Part shown: positions 27,370 through 36,986 of the stretch, piece after piece
Numbering within the stretch: position 1 is the stretch's first letter
How the letters are laid out: every line of letters begins with the position of its first letter
Origin: an uncultured Bacillota bacterium
GTDB lineage: Bacteria > Sysuimicrobiota > Sysuimicrobiia > Sysuimicrobiales > Segetimicrobiaceae
Reading direction: 5' to 3'
Assembly: GCA_963804645.1 (NCBI GenBank)
Contig: CAWDRG010000009.1
Location: 1 to 64,000 of the forward strand
DNA: 64,000 bases
Made by a program: the position numbers and the translations under genes
The notes under the pieces: generated by a model
What the model was told of the DNA's origin: nothing
Seen by the model: only the letters and a program-made list of their open reading frames with translations
Database searches by the model: none

Positions 27370-29460
27370 CTACGCCGCCGGCGCCCGGCCGAACGTGCGG
27401 ATCTCGGCCTCGAGCACCCGCGGGTCCGTCGCCGGGGTCGCGCACGCGCTGGCGGTGCAGACGTACGCACGGGGCGAGTCCGCTCCGCCGGCAAGCGCGG
27501 CCGCAGGAGCCGGGAGGCCGCCGGCGGCGTGCGCCGGATCGTAGAGGTGCGCGACGGCCCCGTACCGGTAGGCGCCGAGGGCGGCCGCGTGAAGCGCCCG
27601 GGTCCTCTGATCCTCGCGCGCGCCGACCACGATCACGTGCAGCGGCGGCTCGAGGTGCAGGTCCAGGGCGAGCGCCAGCGTGGCGGCGAACAGCCCCTGC
27701 GCGAGCGTGCCCGGCGCGCTCGCGCGCAGCGCGCGCTCCGCGGCGTCCCGGTAGTGCGTTCGCCCGGTGAGCACGGCGAGCCGGTCGAGGACCAGGATCG
27801 CGACCGCGTTGCCGGACGGCGTCGGCGTATCCTGCACCGGCACGTACGGCACCGCGAGCCCCTTCGGACCGCGGGCTTCCCCGCCGGCGACGTCGTAAAA
27901 CGCTCCCCCCGGCGCACCAAACTCGGCCAGGACGTAGTTCACCGCGTCTTCCGCGATCTCGAGATACCGCTCGATCCCGGTATGCTCGTACGCATCGACG
28001 AGCGCGCGCGCCACATGCACCTGATCGTCGAGCAGGCCCGCGACCGTGCCGTCGCCCCCCACGGTGTGCCGGAAGCCGCGGCCCGGCTGGTACGCGTCCG
28101 CCACGACCCGGTCCAGCGCGCGCAGCGCCGCGGCGCGCGGGGCGTCCTCCCCCAGGCCGCGCGCGGCATCGAGAAACGCGGAGGTCATCATCCCGTTCCA
28201 TCCCGCGTAGAGGCTTCGGTCCACGAACGGGGCCGGCCGCGCCGCGCGCGCGTCCCGCAGCCGGCGCAGCGCGCCGTCGAGGAGCCGCCGGATCTCCTCC
28301 TCCGGCCGCCCGAGCCGCGCCGCCGCGGCCGCCGGCTCCTCCGCGAGATACAGCACGTGCCGGCGCGGATCGTGGTGCATCTCCCCCTGGCCGTCGAGAT
28401 GGTACACGACTTGGACGACGCGCAGCTCGTCCGGCGGCAGGACCGCCGCCGCCTCCTCGACCGTCCACGTATAGTAGTCGCCGTCGTCCTCCAGCGAGAT
28501 GTCCGCGTCCTGGCTCGCATAGAAGCCGCCCCGCTCCGCGTCCATCAACGTCCCGGAGACGTACGCGACGATCCCGCGCGCGACCTCGCGAAACCGCGCC
28601 GCCCCGGTCGCCTGGTAGGCGTGCACGTAGTTCCGGAGCAGCTCGGAGTTGTCGTAGGCCATCTTCTCGAAGTGCGGCACCGTCCACGAGGCGTCGACCG
28701 AGTACCGGTGGAATCCGCCGCCGACCTGATCGTACACGCCGCCCCGCGCCATCGCGTCGAGCGTGCGGGTCGCGATCGCGAGCGCCTCGGGATCCTCGGT
28801 ACGATCGTGCCGGCGCAGCAGCAGCTCAACCGCGCCGGCGTGCGGAAACTTGGGCGCGCCGCCGAAGCCCCCGTAGCGGCCGTCGAAATCCCGGACGCAT
28901 GCCGCGACCACGCCGTCGACGAGTGATGGGGTCAGCGTATCGTCCGAGGACCGGGCGTCGCCGAGCCGCCGCAGCGCCTGGTGGAGTTCGTCGGCGTACG
29001 CGTGCGCCTGGTCGCGCTTGGTCCGATAGAACTCCGCGACCGCGGCCAAGATCTGCTTGAATCCGGGCCTGCCGCCGGCGGCGTCCGGCGGGAAGTAGGT
29101 CCCCCCGAAAAACACCGTCCCGTCCGGTGTCAGGAACGCCGTCAGGGGCCAGCCACCCTGCCCGCTGATCGCGTTGACCGCCTGCTGATAGCGGATGTCG
29201 ACGTCCGGCCGCTCGTCCCGGTCCACCTTCACCGGGACGAAGTGGGCGTTGATGATCTCGGCGATCGTGGGGTTCTCGTACGACTCGCGGTCGATGACGT
29301 GGCACCAATGGCACCAGACGGCCCCGATGTCGAGCAGGATCGGCCGGTCGTGCTCGCGTGCCCGCGCAAACGCCTCGTCGCCCCACGAATACCAGTCGAC
29401 CGGCTGGTGTGCCGCGGAACGCAGGTACGGGCTGCCAGCCCCGGCGAGACGGTTGGTCAC
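27370..29460 (-). CDS. Thioredoxin-domain/six-hairpin protein (DUF255, YyaL/SSP411 family)
   Basis: NRL..SPYL, WCHWCHV, KVDRDERPD, GGWPLT, PHFEKM. Confidence 0.93.
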   Translation of the reverse strand: MTNRLAGAGSPYLRSAAHQPVDWYSWGDEAFARAREHDRPILLDIGAVWCHWCHVIDRESYENPTIAEIINAHFVPVKVDRDERPDVDIRYQQAVNAISGQGGWPLTAFLTPDGTVFFGGTYFPPDAAGGRPGFKQILAAVAEFYRTKRDQAHAYADELHQALRRLGDARSSDDTLTPSLVDGVVAACVRDFDGRYGGFGGAPKFPHAGAVELLLRRHDRTEDPEALAIATRTLDAMARGGVYDQVGGGFHRYSVDASWTVPHFEKMAYDNSELLRNYVHAYQATGAARFREVARGIVAYVSGTLMDAERGGFYASQDADISLEDDGDYYTWTVEEAAAVLPPDELRVVQVVYHLDGQGEMHHDPRRHVLYLAEEPAAAAARLGRPEEEIRRLLDGALRRLRDARAARPAPFVDRSLYAGWNGMMTSAFLDAARGLGEDAPRAAALRALDRVVADAYQPGRGFRHTVGGDGTVAGLLDDQVHVARALVDAYEHTGIERYLEIAEDAVNYVLAEFGAPGGAFYDVAGGEARGPKGLAVPYVPVQDTPTPSGNAVAILVLDRLAVLTGRTHYRDAAERALRASAPGTLAQGLFAATLALALDLHLEPPLHVIVVGAREDQRTRALHAAALGAYRYGAVAHLYDPAHAAGGLPAPAAALAGGADSPRAYVCTASACATPATDPRVLEAEIRTFGRAPAA

Positions 29461-29565
29461 GCGTCACCTCGCGCGATCGCTCTTCCGATTGTGTGAGATC
29501 TCCACCGAGACCGCCGCGTCAGCCCTTGCAGTCTCGCGGGCGGCCCGGGGGATGTGGGCGGGCGC

Positions 29566-29985
29566 TCAGCCGACCTTTTGAGAGGCGTAATTCACTTGAC
29601 CCGGGTTCGGACCGAGCAGCACCAGCAAATCCCAGCCCGGTTGCGCCCAGGTAAAGTCCAACTCGACGAAATCGACCGACTGCGCGTCGTTCGTATTGTC
29701 AAAGGCGCATTGATTGAACGCGGAGTTGGGATTAAGGCGCAGCCACGCGTTGCCCGTGCCGTGCCACGTGACACCCTCGTTGGCCGTCGCGCCCCAAAAA
29801 TACGCGTATCTGTTGACCGTTTGCAGGTCGACATTCCAGAGATTGAGGGTCTGATAGGGGTCGATCTGCCACCACCCCAGTTTTCGGAAATTCTGATTGG
29901 CCGTCCCGCAGCTCGGGTCGTAGTACGCGAACGCGATCCACACGGGCTGCGGCTGCGCCAACACATTGGAAAACAGAAGGGCCAT
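29566..29985 (-). CDS. DUF1036-like protein
   Basis: VWIAFAYY...GWWQIDP...NRYAYF...W.G pattern. Confidence 0.7.
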   Translation of the reverse strand: MALLFSNVLAQPQPVWIAFAYYDPSCGTANQNFRKLGWWQIDPYQTLNLWNVDLQTVNRYAYFWGATANEGVTWHGTGNAWLRLNPNSAFNQCAFDNTNDAQSVDFVELDFTWAQPGWDLLVLLGPNPGQVNYASQKVG

Positions 29986-30260
29986 GTCACTCCACCGTCT
30001 TCGGCAGGTCTTGCATTTGAGAGATGCGTTGAGATGCGCCGGGCGGCGTCGGCGTGGTTTGCACGAGGCGCGCCTCGGACGGGTGTATGGATTTCATCAG
30101 ATTGGCCATGGCCGGCTTGCGGAGCACTCCGAATGCGCCATCGGGCGCGGTGGGCGGTGGTGTCGGCACGTTCGCTCCCTTCCATCCCGGATTTCGGTGC
30201 GGGCCTGCGGTATTCATCATACCTTTTCTCCCGACCTCGATCCAACGAAACAACGGATGT

Positions 30261-30600
30261 CCCCGGCACGGTCCCGGGGGCACCGCATCATCGCGCGTGC
30301 GCCGCGTCGGGCAGGACGTTCGAAGCCTCCCGGGGTCCGAGCACAGCCTGGCGGATACCCCGAGTATATCCGGGCTCGCCGAGCACGAATGTGGAGCGGG
30401 AGAAGCGGTCGATGCGGGAAAAATACGGGAGGCGCTCACCCACCGGCGTCTCACCGTCTTCGGCCCTCGCCGCCGGTGCCTACTGCCCGTCAGCCGTTCT
30501 CCGGAGTTACCCCCGAAGTACACTTGACCAGCTTTCGGCGTCCACGTGCGCGAGCGTTTGAGTCGGCTACCTTTGCCGGAGGATTTGCGCCTCCGGTAAC
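30261..30600 (-). ncRNA. Candidate structured non-coding RNA, family not recognised
   Basis: Dense helices, including a GNRA-capped hairpin and crossing pairings, downstream of a sigma70-like promoter (see findings). Boundaries are approximate. Confidence 0.5.
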
Positions 30601-30601
30601 A

Positions 30602-30630
30602 GTTGTATCACACCCCCGCGCGCCCGGCAA
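30602..30630 (-). promoter_or_regulatory. sigma70-like promoter
   Basis: TTGCCG-N17-TACAAC with TG extension. Confidence 0.5.
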
Positions 30631-30654
30631 TCCGGAAACTCAGTTCGAGCAAAC

Positions 30655-30697
30655 TCCGGATAATGTGGATCGTAACATGTGGATAACCCGTGGATAC
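30655..30697. promoter_or_regulatory. Cluster of DnaA-box-like 9-mers
   Basis: Perfect TGTGGATAA at 30678-30686 plus three co-oriented 2-mismatch copies at 30655, 30664 and 30689. Confidence 0.6.
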
Positions 30698-30710
30698 GCG
30701 TGAGTGCCCC

Positions 30711-31100
30711 TCAGGAACTGCTTTTCTCGACGAAATTCACGCGCAGATTGGTCAGCAGCGTCTCCATTTCACGGCGCGGACTTTCGTCGATCCCTTCGCG
30801 CACGAGCACAAACACCGCCGCGTACGCATCGATCGCCAGACGCGCGCCGTCCAGATTCTTCGCCACCGCACCACTCGCGGGATTCGGGACGAGCCCCATG
30901 CCCTCCCACGCCTTCGCGGCAAGGACGCTGAGACACCAGATGAGGATATCGCGCGTCTCGAGCGCGTGCAGCGGCACCGCGCGCGCCTGCGCGTTGCGGT
31001 CTTCGGGCGCGGGCGCCCCAGCATCGTCCGCGGGCGCCTGCGGGGCGTCTTCGGGACGCGGTTCCTCAGCGGCGCCGCTCCAATCAACCATCGTCATCAC
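30711..31100 (-). CDS. DUF1844 domain protein
   Basis: LAAKAWEGMGLVPNP...NLDGARLAID...LLTNLRVNFV. Confidence 0.85.
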   Translation of the reverse strand: MMTMVDWSGAAEEPRPEDAPQAPADDAGAPAPEDRNAQARAVPLHALETRDILIWCLSVLAAKAWEGMGLVPNPASGAVAKNLDGARLAIDAYAAVFVLVREGIDESPRREMETLLTNLRVNFVEKSSS

Positions 31101-31134
31101 CTCGCCTCGTCATCGGCGCACCGCGCGCGCCGCG

Positions 31135-32370
31135 CTACGCAGCCCGACCCCGGTCGATCCGCTCGATCGCGCGGCACAGGACCTGCGCGCCCCGCGCCAC
31201 GTCGTCCCACGCCGTTCGCTCGCGGGGCGAGTGGCTCACCCCGTCGACGCTCGGGACGAAGATCATCCCGCTGGGAACGACCGCGCCGAGAATCTTGGCG
31301 TCATGACCCGCCCAGCTCGACATGCTCACGAGCGGCCAGCCGAGGTCGTGCGCGGCCGCCTCGATCTCGTCGTGAATGCTGCGGTTGAGGGGGACCGGCG
31401 CTTCCATGCGCCACGCCCGGCTTTCCAGCCCGAGCCCGTACCGCCGCGCGCACGCGCGGCACTCACCGTCCACGCGCTCCCGGAGCGCCGCGAGCAGCCG
31501 GTCGTCGGAGCTGCGGAGCTCCACCACGAGCTCGACGCGGCCCGGCACCACGTTCGTGGCGCCCGGGGACACCACCAGGCGTCCGACGGTCCCCACCGCG
31601 CGGCCCCCGGTGTCCCGCACCAGCGAGCGCACCGCGGAGACCAGGTCCGCGGCGCCCCACAGCGCGTCACGGCGCACGTCCATCGGCGTCGTCCCCGCGT
31701 GATTCGCTTCCCCGACGAACTCCAGCGTCAGGCGCGAGATGCCGACGATCGCGTCGACCGAGGCGAGCGGCGTCTCGCGGGCGGCGAGCGTCGGGCCCTG
31801 CTCGATGTGCAGCTCCAGATACGCGGCCATCGGCATCGGCACGGTACGCTTCGGCAGTCCGGTATCGAACGCCCGCAGGGCGTCGGCCGCGGACCGGCCG
31901 CCGGCGTCGTGCAGGGCCTCCGGCGCCGGCGCGCGGCCGACGACGCCCAGCGACCCGAGACACCCGACGCCGTACGAGGTCCCCTCCTCCTCGGCGAAGC
32001 CCACCAGCAGCAGCGGGTGCCGCGGCCGCGCCCCCGCGTCGTGAAACGCCGCCGCGACCTCCACCGCCGCGAGCACGCCGAGCGCCCCGTCGAAGATGCC
32101 GCCGTTCGGGACGGTATCCAAGTGGGACCCCGACGCCACCGGGGGAAGCGTCCCGGCATCACCGGGGACCACGCCGAACAGATTGCCCCACGCGTCGACG
32201 GCCGGCTCGGCGCCGGCCTCACGCATCCACCGGGCGGCGAGCCGCACCGCGGCCGCGTGCTCCGGGCTGTACGAGAACCGGCTGACACCGCCGTCCGCAG
32301 TCCGGCCGATGGCCGCCAGCTCCTCGAGCCGGGCCCTCAGCCGCTCGCCGTTGATCCGCGCAGACGCCAC
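31135..32370 (-). CDS. M20 Zn-dependent amidohydrolase (allantoate/N-carbamoyl-amino-acid hydrolase family)
   Basis: GSHLDTVPNGG.FDG, EEEG, ELHIEQGP, NHAGTTPM, AGHDA, SHSPRE. Confidence 0.93.
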   Translation of the reverse strand: MASARINGERLRARLEELAAIGRTADGGVSRFSYSPEHAAAVRLAARWMREAGAEPAVDAWGNLFGVVPGDAGTLPPVASGSHLDTVPNGGIFDGALGVLAAVEVAAAFHDAGARPRHPLLLVGFAEEEGTSYGVGCLGSLGVVGRAPAPEALHDAGGRSAADALRAFDTGLPKRTVPMPMAAYLELHIEQGPTLAARETPLASVDAIVGISRLTLEFVGEANHAGTTPMDVRRDALWGAADLVSAVRSLVRDTGGRAVGTVGRLVVSPGATNVVPGRVELVVELRSSDDRLLAALRERVDGECRACARRYGLGLESRAWRMEAPVPLNRSIHDEIEAAAHDLGWPLVSMSSWAGHDAKILGAVVPSGMIFVPSVDGVSHSPRERTAWDDVARGAQVLCRAIERIDRGRAA

Positions 32371-32484
32371 CCGCGTGCCTCCGGCGCCGCCCCAGCACTC
32401 GCGGCGACGCGCTCACTCAAATGATAGCGACGAAGCGGCACCTGAGACAAGGGGGGAGCCGCATCACGGGGGGCGCCGGAGACG

Positions 32485-33375
32485 TCAGCGCGTCCGGGGG
32501 TCCCAGATCTCCCGCAGGCCGTCGCCCGCGACATTCACGGCGAACACCGTCAGCGCGATCGCCGCGCCGGGCCACAGGGCGAGCCAGGGCGCCTGCGTCA
32601 GGTACTGCTGGGCCCCGTTCAGCATCGAGCCCCAGGACGGCGTCGGCGGCTGCGTGCCGAGCCCGAGAAAGCTCAGCGTCGCCTCGGTGATGATCGCCCC
32701 GGCGATGTTGAGCGAGCCCTGGACTACGATCGGCGCCATGCTGTTCGGCAGCAGGTGCCGCCAGATGATCCGCCGGTCCCACGCCCCGAGTGCGCGCACC
32801 GCCTCGATGTACTCGCGCGCGCGCTGCTGCAGGACCTGCGCGCGGGTGATGCGCATGAACACCGGCGTGAGCACGACTGCGATCGCGATCATCGCCTTCG
32901 CGAGCCCCGGCCCGAGGACCGCCGCAACCGCGAGCGCGAGGATCAGCGGCGGAAACGCGAGCATCGCGTCGGTGAACCGCATCAGCACGTCCCCGATGAA
33001 TCCGCGGTAGTAGCCCGCCGCCAGCCCGAGCGGCAGTCCCACGGCGATCGCGAGCCCGACCGAGATCACCCCCGCCTCCAGCGACGCGCGGGTCCCGTAG
33101 ATGAGGCGGCTCAGCACGTCCCGTCCGAGCTCGTCGGTCCCGAGCACGTGGGCGCCGCCCGGCGGCCGCAGATACGCCGCGAAATCGGTTTTGATCGGCG
33201 AGTACGGGGCGAGCCACGGCGCGAACACCGCGGTCAGCACGATCGCGACGAACACGATCAGGCCGATCGTGGCGAGGCGGTTCTGCGCGTACCGGCGCAG
33301 CAGGTACCCGAGGCCGCGGTGCGAGACTCGCGCCGCGTCCCCACCCCCGACCGCGCCCCGGATCGCCAGGCTCAC
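32485..33375 (-). CDS. Peptide ABC transporter permease (DppC-like)
   Basis: LGTDELGRD, EYIEA, PTPSWG; overlaps the upstream gene's stop codon. Confidence 0.92.
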   Translation of the reverse strand: MSLAIRGAVGGGDAARVSHRGLGYLLRRYAQNRLATIGLIVFVAIVLTAVFAPWLAPYSPIKTDFAAYLRPPGGAHVLGTDELGRDVLSRLIYGTRASLEAGVISVGLAIAVGLPLGLAAGYYRGFIGDVLMRFTDAMLAFPPLILALAVAAVLGPGLAKAMIAIAVVLTPVFMRITRAQVLQQRAREYIEAVRALGAWDRRIIWRHLLPNSMAPIVVQGSLNIAGAIITEATLSFLGLGTQPPTPSWGSMLNGAQQYLTQAPWLALWPGAAIALTVFAVNVAGDGLREIWDPRTR

Positions 33376-34328
33376 GACAGCTCCTCCGACAGCTTGATGC
33401 GGGGGTCGATGAGCGAATACACGATGTCCACGAGGAGATTGACCAGGAGAATCGACAGCGCGCTGAACATCACGACGCCCTCGAGCATCGGCGAATCGCG
33501 GTTGTAAATGGAGTTGACCGCGAGCTGGCCCAGGCCCGGGACCGCGAAGATCGTCTCGGTGATCACCGCCCCCCCGAGCAGCGTCCCCATCTGGATTCCC
33601 ATGACCGTGATCACCGGGATGACCGCGTTGCGCAGGGTGTGCCGGATCAGGACGACCCGCCCGCCCAGCCCCTTCGCCTTCGCGGTGCGCACGAAATCGG
33701 CGCTCAGCACTTCGATCATGCTGCTGCGCAGCTGGCGCATCACCACCGCCGCCAGCACGAGCCCAAGGACGCACGCGGGCATCACCATTGCGCGGAGGTT
33801 GCGGGATACGTCCTCGGTGAGCGGGACCCAGCCCGACGCCGGCAGCCAGTGCAGATGCACCGCGAACAGGTAGATCGCCATGATCCCGAGCCAGAAGTTG
33901 GGAACGCTCAGACCGATGAGGGCCGCCGCGGACGCGCCGTAGTCGGTGAGGGTGCGCTGGCGCCACGCCGCCACGATGCCCGCCGGAATCGCGATCAGCC
34001 ACGCGATGCAGAGCGCGAGCACGGTCAGCTCGGCGGTCACCGGAATCTTCTGGAGCAGCGTCGGGAGCACCGGCGTGTTGTCCTTGAACGACTTGCCGAA
34101 GTTGCCCTCCACCATCCCGCCGATCCAGCGCGCGTACTGCACCGGGAGCGGCCGGTCCGTGCCGAGTACGTGCCGCAGCGTGGCCAGGGCCTCCGGCGTC
34201 GCCTCCTCGCCGAGGAGCACCCGCGCGGGATCGCCGGGGATCACGTTGATGAGCACGAAGATGATGAGGCTGACAAAGAACAGCACCGGGATCATCTGGA
34301 GGAGGCGGCGGGCGAGGAAACGCAGCAC
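33372..34328 (-). CDS. Peptide ABC transporter permease (DppB-like)
   Basis: PGDPA, DFVRTAKAKGL, IDPRI. Confidence 0.93.
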   Translation of the reverse strand: MLRFLARRLLQMIPVLFFVSLIIFVLINVIPGDPARVLLGEEATPEALATLRHVLGTDRPLPVQYARWIGGMVEGNFGKSFKDNTPVLPTLLQKIPVTAELTVLALCIAWLIAIPAGIVAAWRQRTLTDYGASAAALIGLSVPNFWLGIMAIYLFAVHLHWLPASGWVPLTEDVSRNLRAMVMPACVLGLVLAAVVMRQLRSSMIEVLSADFVRTAKAKGLGGRVVLIRHTLRNAVIPVITVMGIQMGTLLGGAVITETIFAVPGLGQLAVNSIYNRDSPMLEGVVMFSALSILLVNLLVDIVYSLIDPRIKLSEELS

Positions 34329-34344
34329 GGGGCGGGGTCGTCGA

Positions 34345-34373
34345 CGGCCGGGCGGGATCGTCCCGCCCGGCCG
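34345..34373. terminator. Perfect 13-bp intercistronic hairpin after the SBP gene
   Basis: CGGCCGGGCGGGA-TCG-TCCCGCCCGGCCG. Confidence 0.5.
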
Positions 34374-34380
34374 CCTTCCC

Positions 34381-35967
34381 TCAGGCCAGCGAGACCGCTT
34401 GGAAGCGCATCATGCCGTCCGGCACCTGCACGAACCCACGCACCTTGGTCGACACCAGCTTGTACTCCTTGGGGAAGTACGTCCACGCGTACGGCATGTC
34501 GTCCGCGAGAATCTTGGTGACCTGGCTGTACGCCCGCACCCGCTGGTCCATGTTTTGGAGGACGCGCGCCGCGTCGAGCAGCGTCTGGACCTGATCGTTC
34601 ACGTACCCCGCGTAATTGAAGTCCGGGATGCCGGACTTGGTGACGAAGGGATAAATGTCGGCGTCCGGGTCGGGGCGCCCGCTCCACCCCACGGCGCCCG
34701 CCTGGTAGTTCCCCTTGCTGAACGCGTCGAGCATCGTCCCGAACTCCACGATCTGGATGTTCATCTTGATCCCGGCCTGCTGGACCATCGCCTGGGTCGC
34801 CTGCGCGAGCGACGCCGCGACCTGCCCCGGGACGGTGGTGTAGGTGCACTCGAACCCGTTCGGTTGGCCGCCGGCCGCGAGCCGCTCCTTGACCATCGGG
34901 AGGTTCTGCGCCGGGACCTTCCACGTCGGATCGTACGCCGGGGTCCCGTTGGGGAAGAACGAGTAGGCCGGGTACGCGGTCCCCTGGAGGATCTGGTTCG
35001 CGAGCGCGTACCGGTCGATGGCCGCGCTGAACGCCTGGCGCAGCGCCTTGTTGTTGAACGGCGGCTTGGTCATGTTGAGCCAGATCCCCTGGGACTGGAA
35101 CGCGCCGTGCTCCAAGAGGCGGAACGCCGCGCCGGGCGCCTTGGAGTCCACCGTCAGCTGCGGGATCTGCGGGGCGGGGACGATGTTAATGATGTCGAGG
35201 TCTCCCGACCTCAAGTTTGCAACCCGCGCGTTGTCGTCGGGGAACGACCGGAAGATGACCCCACCGAGATGCGGCAGGCCTTTCTGCCAGTAGTTGGCGT
35301 TCCGCGTCAGCGTGACGTGGTCTTGCGGCACCTTCTCGACGAACGAGAACGCGCCCGTCCCCACCGGATGCAGGGCAAAGTCCAGGACCAACTTCTGCGC
35401 CGCGGTCGGCGACACCATCATCCCGGCGCGGTCGGTCAGGACGTACATCAGCGGGCTGTACGGGCGATCGAGCTTGATCTGGATCGTGTAGGCGTCGGTC
35501 GCGGTCACGGACGTGATCGGTCCGATCTCCGAGCGCCTGGCGGACGGGAACTTCGGGTCCGCCATGCGGGTGAAGTTGTACACGGCCGCCTGGGCGTTGA
35601 ACGGGGTGCCGTCGTGGAACTGGACGCCCTGCTGCAGCTTCAGCGTGTACACCGTCCCATCGGACGAGATCGACCACGACGTCGCCAGCATCGGCACGAT
35701 CTTGAGGTTCGCGTCCAGGTCGACCAGCTTGTCGAAGAGGCTCTGGAACACTTGGCGGTCCACCGCGGCGGTGGACCGGTGCGGATCCAGGTTCGGCGGG
35801 TCGGAGTCGAGGCCGGCCCGCAGCACGCGGCCGGTCTGCGCGGAGGCCCCCGGCACCAAGTCGGAGGCGCCCCACAGGCCCGCAGCCGCGGCGCCGGCGG
35901 CGCCGTACCGCAGCAGATCCCGCCTCGTCAACCGATCCCGTTTCGTTCGCTCGCCTTGCGATGCCAC
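34381..35967 (-). CDS. Tat-exported peptide ABC substrate-binding protein (family 5)
   Basis: TRRDLL twin-arginine signal, FHDGTPFNA, PVGTGAF. Confidence 0.93.
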   Translation of the reverse strand: MASQGERTKRDRLTRRDLLRYGAAGAAAAGLWGASDLVPGASAQTGRVLRAGLDSDPPNLDPHRSTAAVDRQVFQSLFDKLVDLDANLKIVPMLATSWSISSDGTVYTLKLQQGVQFHDGTPFNAQAAVYNFTRMADPKFPSARRSEIGPITSVTATDAYTIQIKLDRPYSPLMYVLTDRAGMMVSPTAAQKLVLDFALHPVGTGAFSFVEKVPQDHVTLTRNANYWQKGLPHLGGVIFRSFPDDNARVANLRSGDLDIINIVPAPQIPQLTVDSKAPGAAFRLLEHGAFQSQGIWLNMTKPPFNNKALRQAFSAAIDRYALANQILQGTAYPAYSFFPNGTPAYDPTWKVPAQNLPMVKERLAAGGQPNGFECTYTTVPGQVAASLAQATQAMVQQAGIKMNIQIVEFGTMLDAFSKGNYQAGAVGWSGRPDPDADIYPFVTKSGIPDFNYAGYVNDQVQTLLDAARVLQNMDQRVRAYSQVTKILADDMPYAWTYFPKEYKLVSTKVRGFVQVPDGMMRFQAVSLA

Positions 35968-36062
35968 ACTCCCACCCCCTCGCGATGCGATCGCGTTCCC
36001 CCGTATTCACGCCGTCCCGGGAAAATCCTCCAGCCCCCGCGGCGTCGTGTTCGTTACACGCA

Positions 36063-36899
36063 CTACGGCCCCGTCGCGCGAAAGTTCTGCCGGCAGAACT
36101 CGCGGGCCCGGGCCAGCCGCTCCGCCACGACGCGGTCGTTCCCGGCGCCGAGCGCCTCGGGGACGAGCTCAACCGTGATGACCCCGCCGAACTCCCGCCG
36201 GCTGAGCCGCTGAAGAAACGGTCCGAGCGGAAGCCGGCCGGCACCCGGGAGACAGTGCTGTGTGCCGTCGTAGTCTGACAGGTGGACGTGCGCGATGCGG
36301 TCCCCGAGCGCCTCGGACGCGGCCAGGAGATCGACGTCCCAGGTGCCGAGATGCGTCGTATCGAGCGCGACCGCCGGCACCTCCAGCAAATCTCGCACGC
36401 GGCCGAGTTCGAACAGGTTCACGGACCACGACCCGGCGACCTGGTGCCGGGGCATGTTCTCGACCGCGATCGTGACACCCGCGGCGGCCTGATACGCCGC
36501 CAGATCGGTCTCGAGCCAGCGCAGATAAGGCGATCGCTGCCTGAACGGCGTCAGGAACGACGCGTTCAGGAATGGGACCCGGCGGACGCTGATCCAGCGG
36601 TAGCGCACCGGGGGGTGCACGATGACGGTGCGGGCGCCGACCGCCTGTGCGAGGGCCACCGCCCCGCGCACCCGCTCGACCTCATCGCCCCACGGGGCCG
36701 AGCCGCCCCGCGAGGGGGCGTGGATGGCGAGGATGGGCAGCGAGACGTCGCGCGCCATCCGGGAGAGGTACGCGGGGTCGCGGGTGTCCCAGCGCTGGTC
36801 CACCATGATCTCGAGCCCGTCAAATCCCGCGTCCGCCGCGAACCGGGCGGTCCGCGCGGTCCCGTACGTGTAGAGCGAACCCGTGGACAGGGCGATCAT
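36063..36899 (-). CDS. Sugar phosphate isomerase/epimerase (xylose-isomerase-like TIM barrel)
   Basis: GFDGLE, AVENMP, LDTTH, HVHLSD, H..PG.G. Confidence 0.88.
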   Translation of the reverse strand: MIALSTGSLYTYGTARTARFAADAGFDGLEIMVDQRWDTRDPAYLSRMARDVSLPILAIHAPSRGGSAPWGDEVERVRGAVALAQAVGARTVIVHPPVRYRWISVRRVPFLNASFLTPFRQRSPYLRWLETDLAAYQAAAGVTIAVENMPRHQVAGSWSVNLFELGRVRDLLEVPAVALDTTHLGTWDVDLLAASEALGDRIAHVHLSDYDGTQHCLPGAGRLPLGPFLQRLSRREFGGVITVELVPEALGAGNDRVVAERLARAREFCRQNFRATGP

Positions 36900-36986
36900 C
36901 GGGGCCGCGCGCCCGGGTGTCAGGACGCCCGGTGTCCCTCCGGGGGAACGAGCCGCCCGCCGTGAAGCATGGGGGGCCGCGTGACG

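Noticed and set aside
30418..30435. GCCTCCCGTATTT resembling the 3' part of the Moco riboswitch
   Set aside because: It lacks the following GGAAAGG and the other Moco elements, and no Moco-related gene lies downstream.
30480..30575. Partial resemblance to c-di-GMP-I (GGCAAA...GGACGC..AAAGC), c-di-AMP (CCCGTCAGC) or the tmRNA 5' end (GGGGGT)
   Set aside because: Spacing and the remaining consensus elements do not fit, and there is no tmRNA 3' T-arm or CCA.
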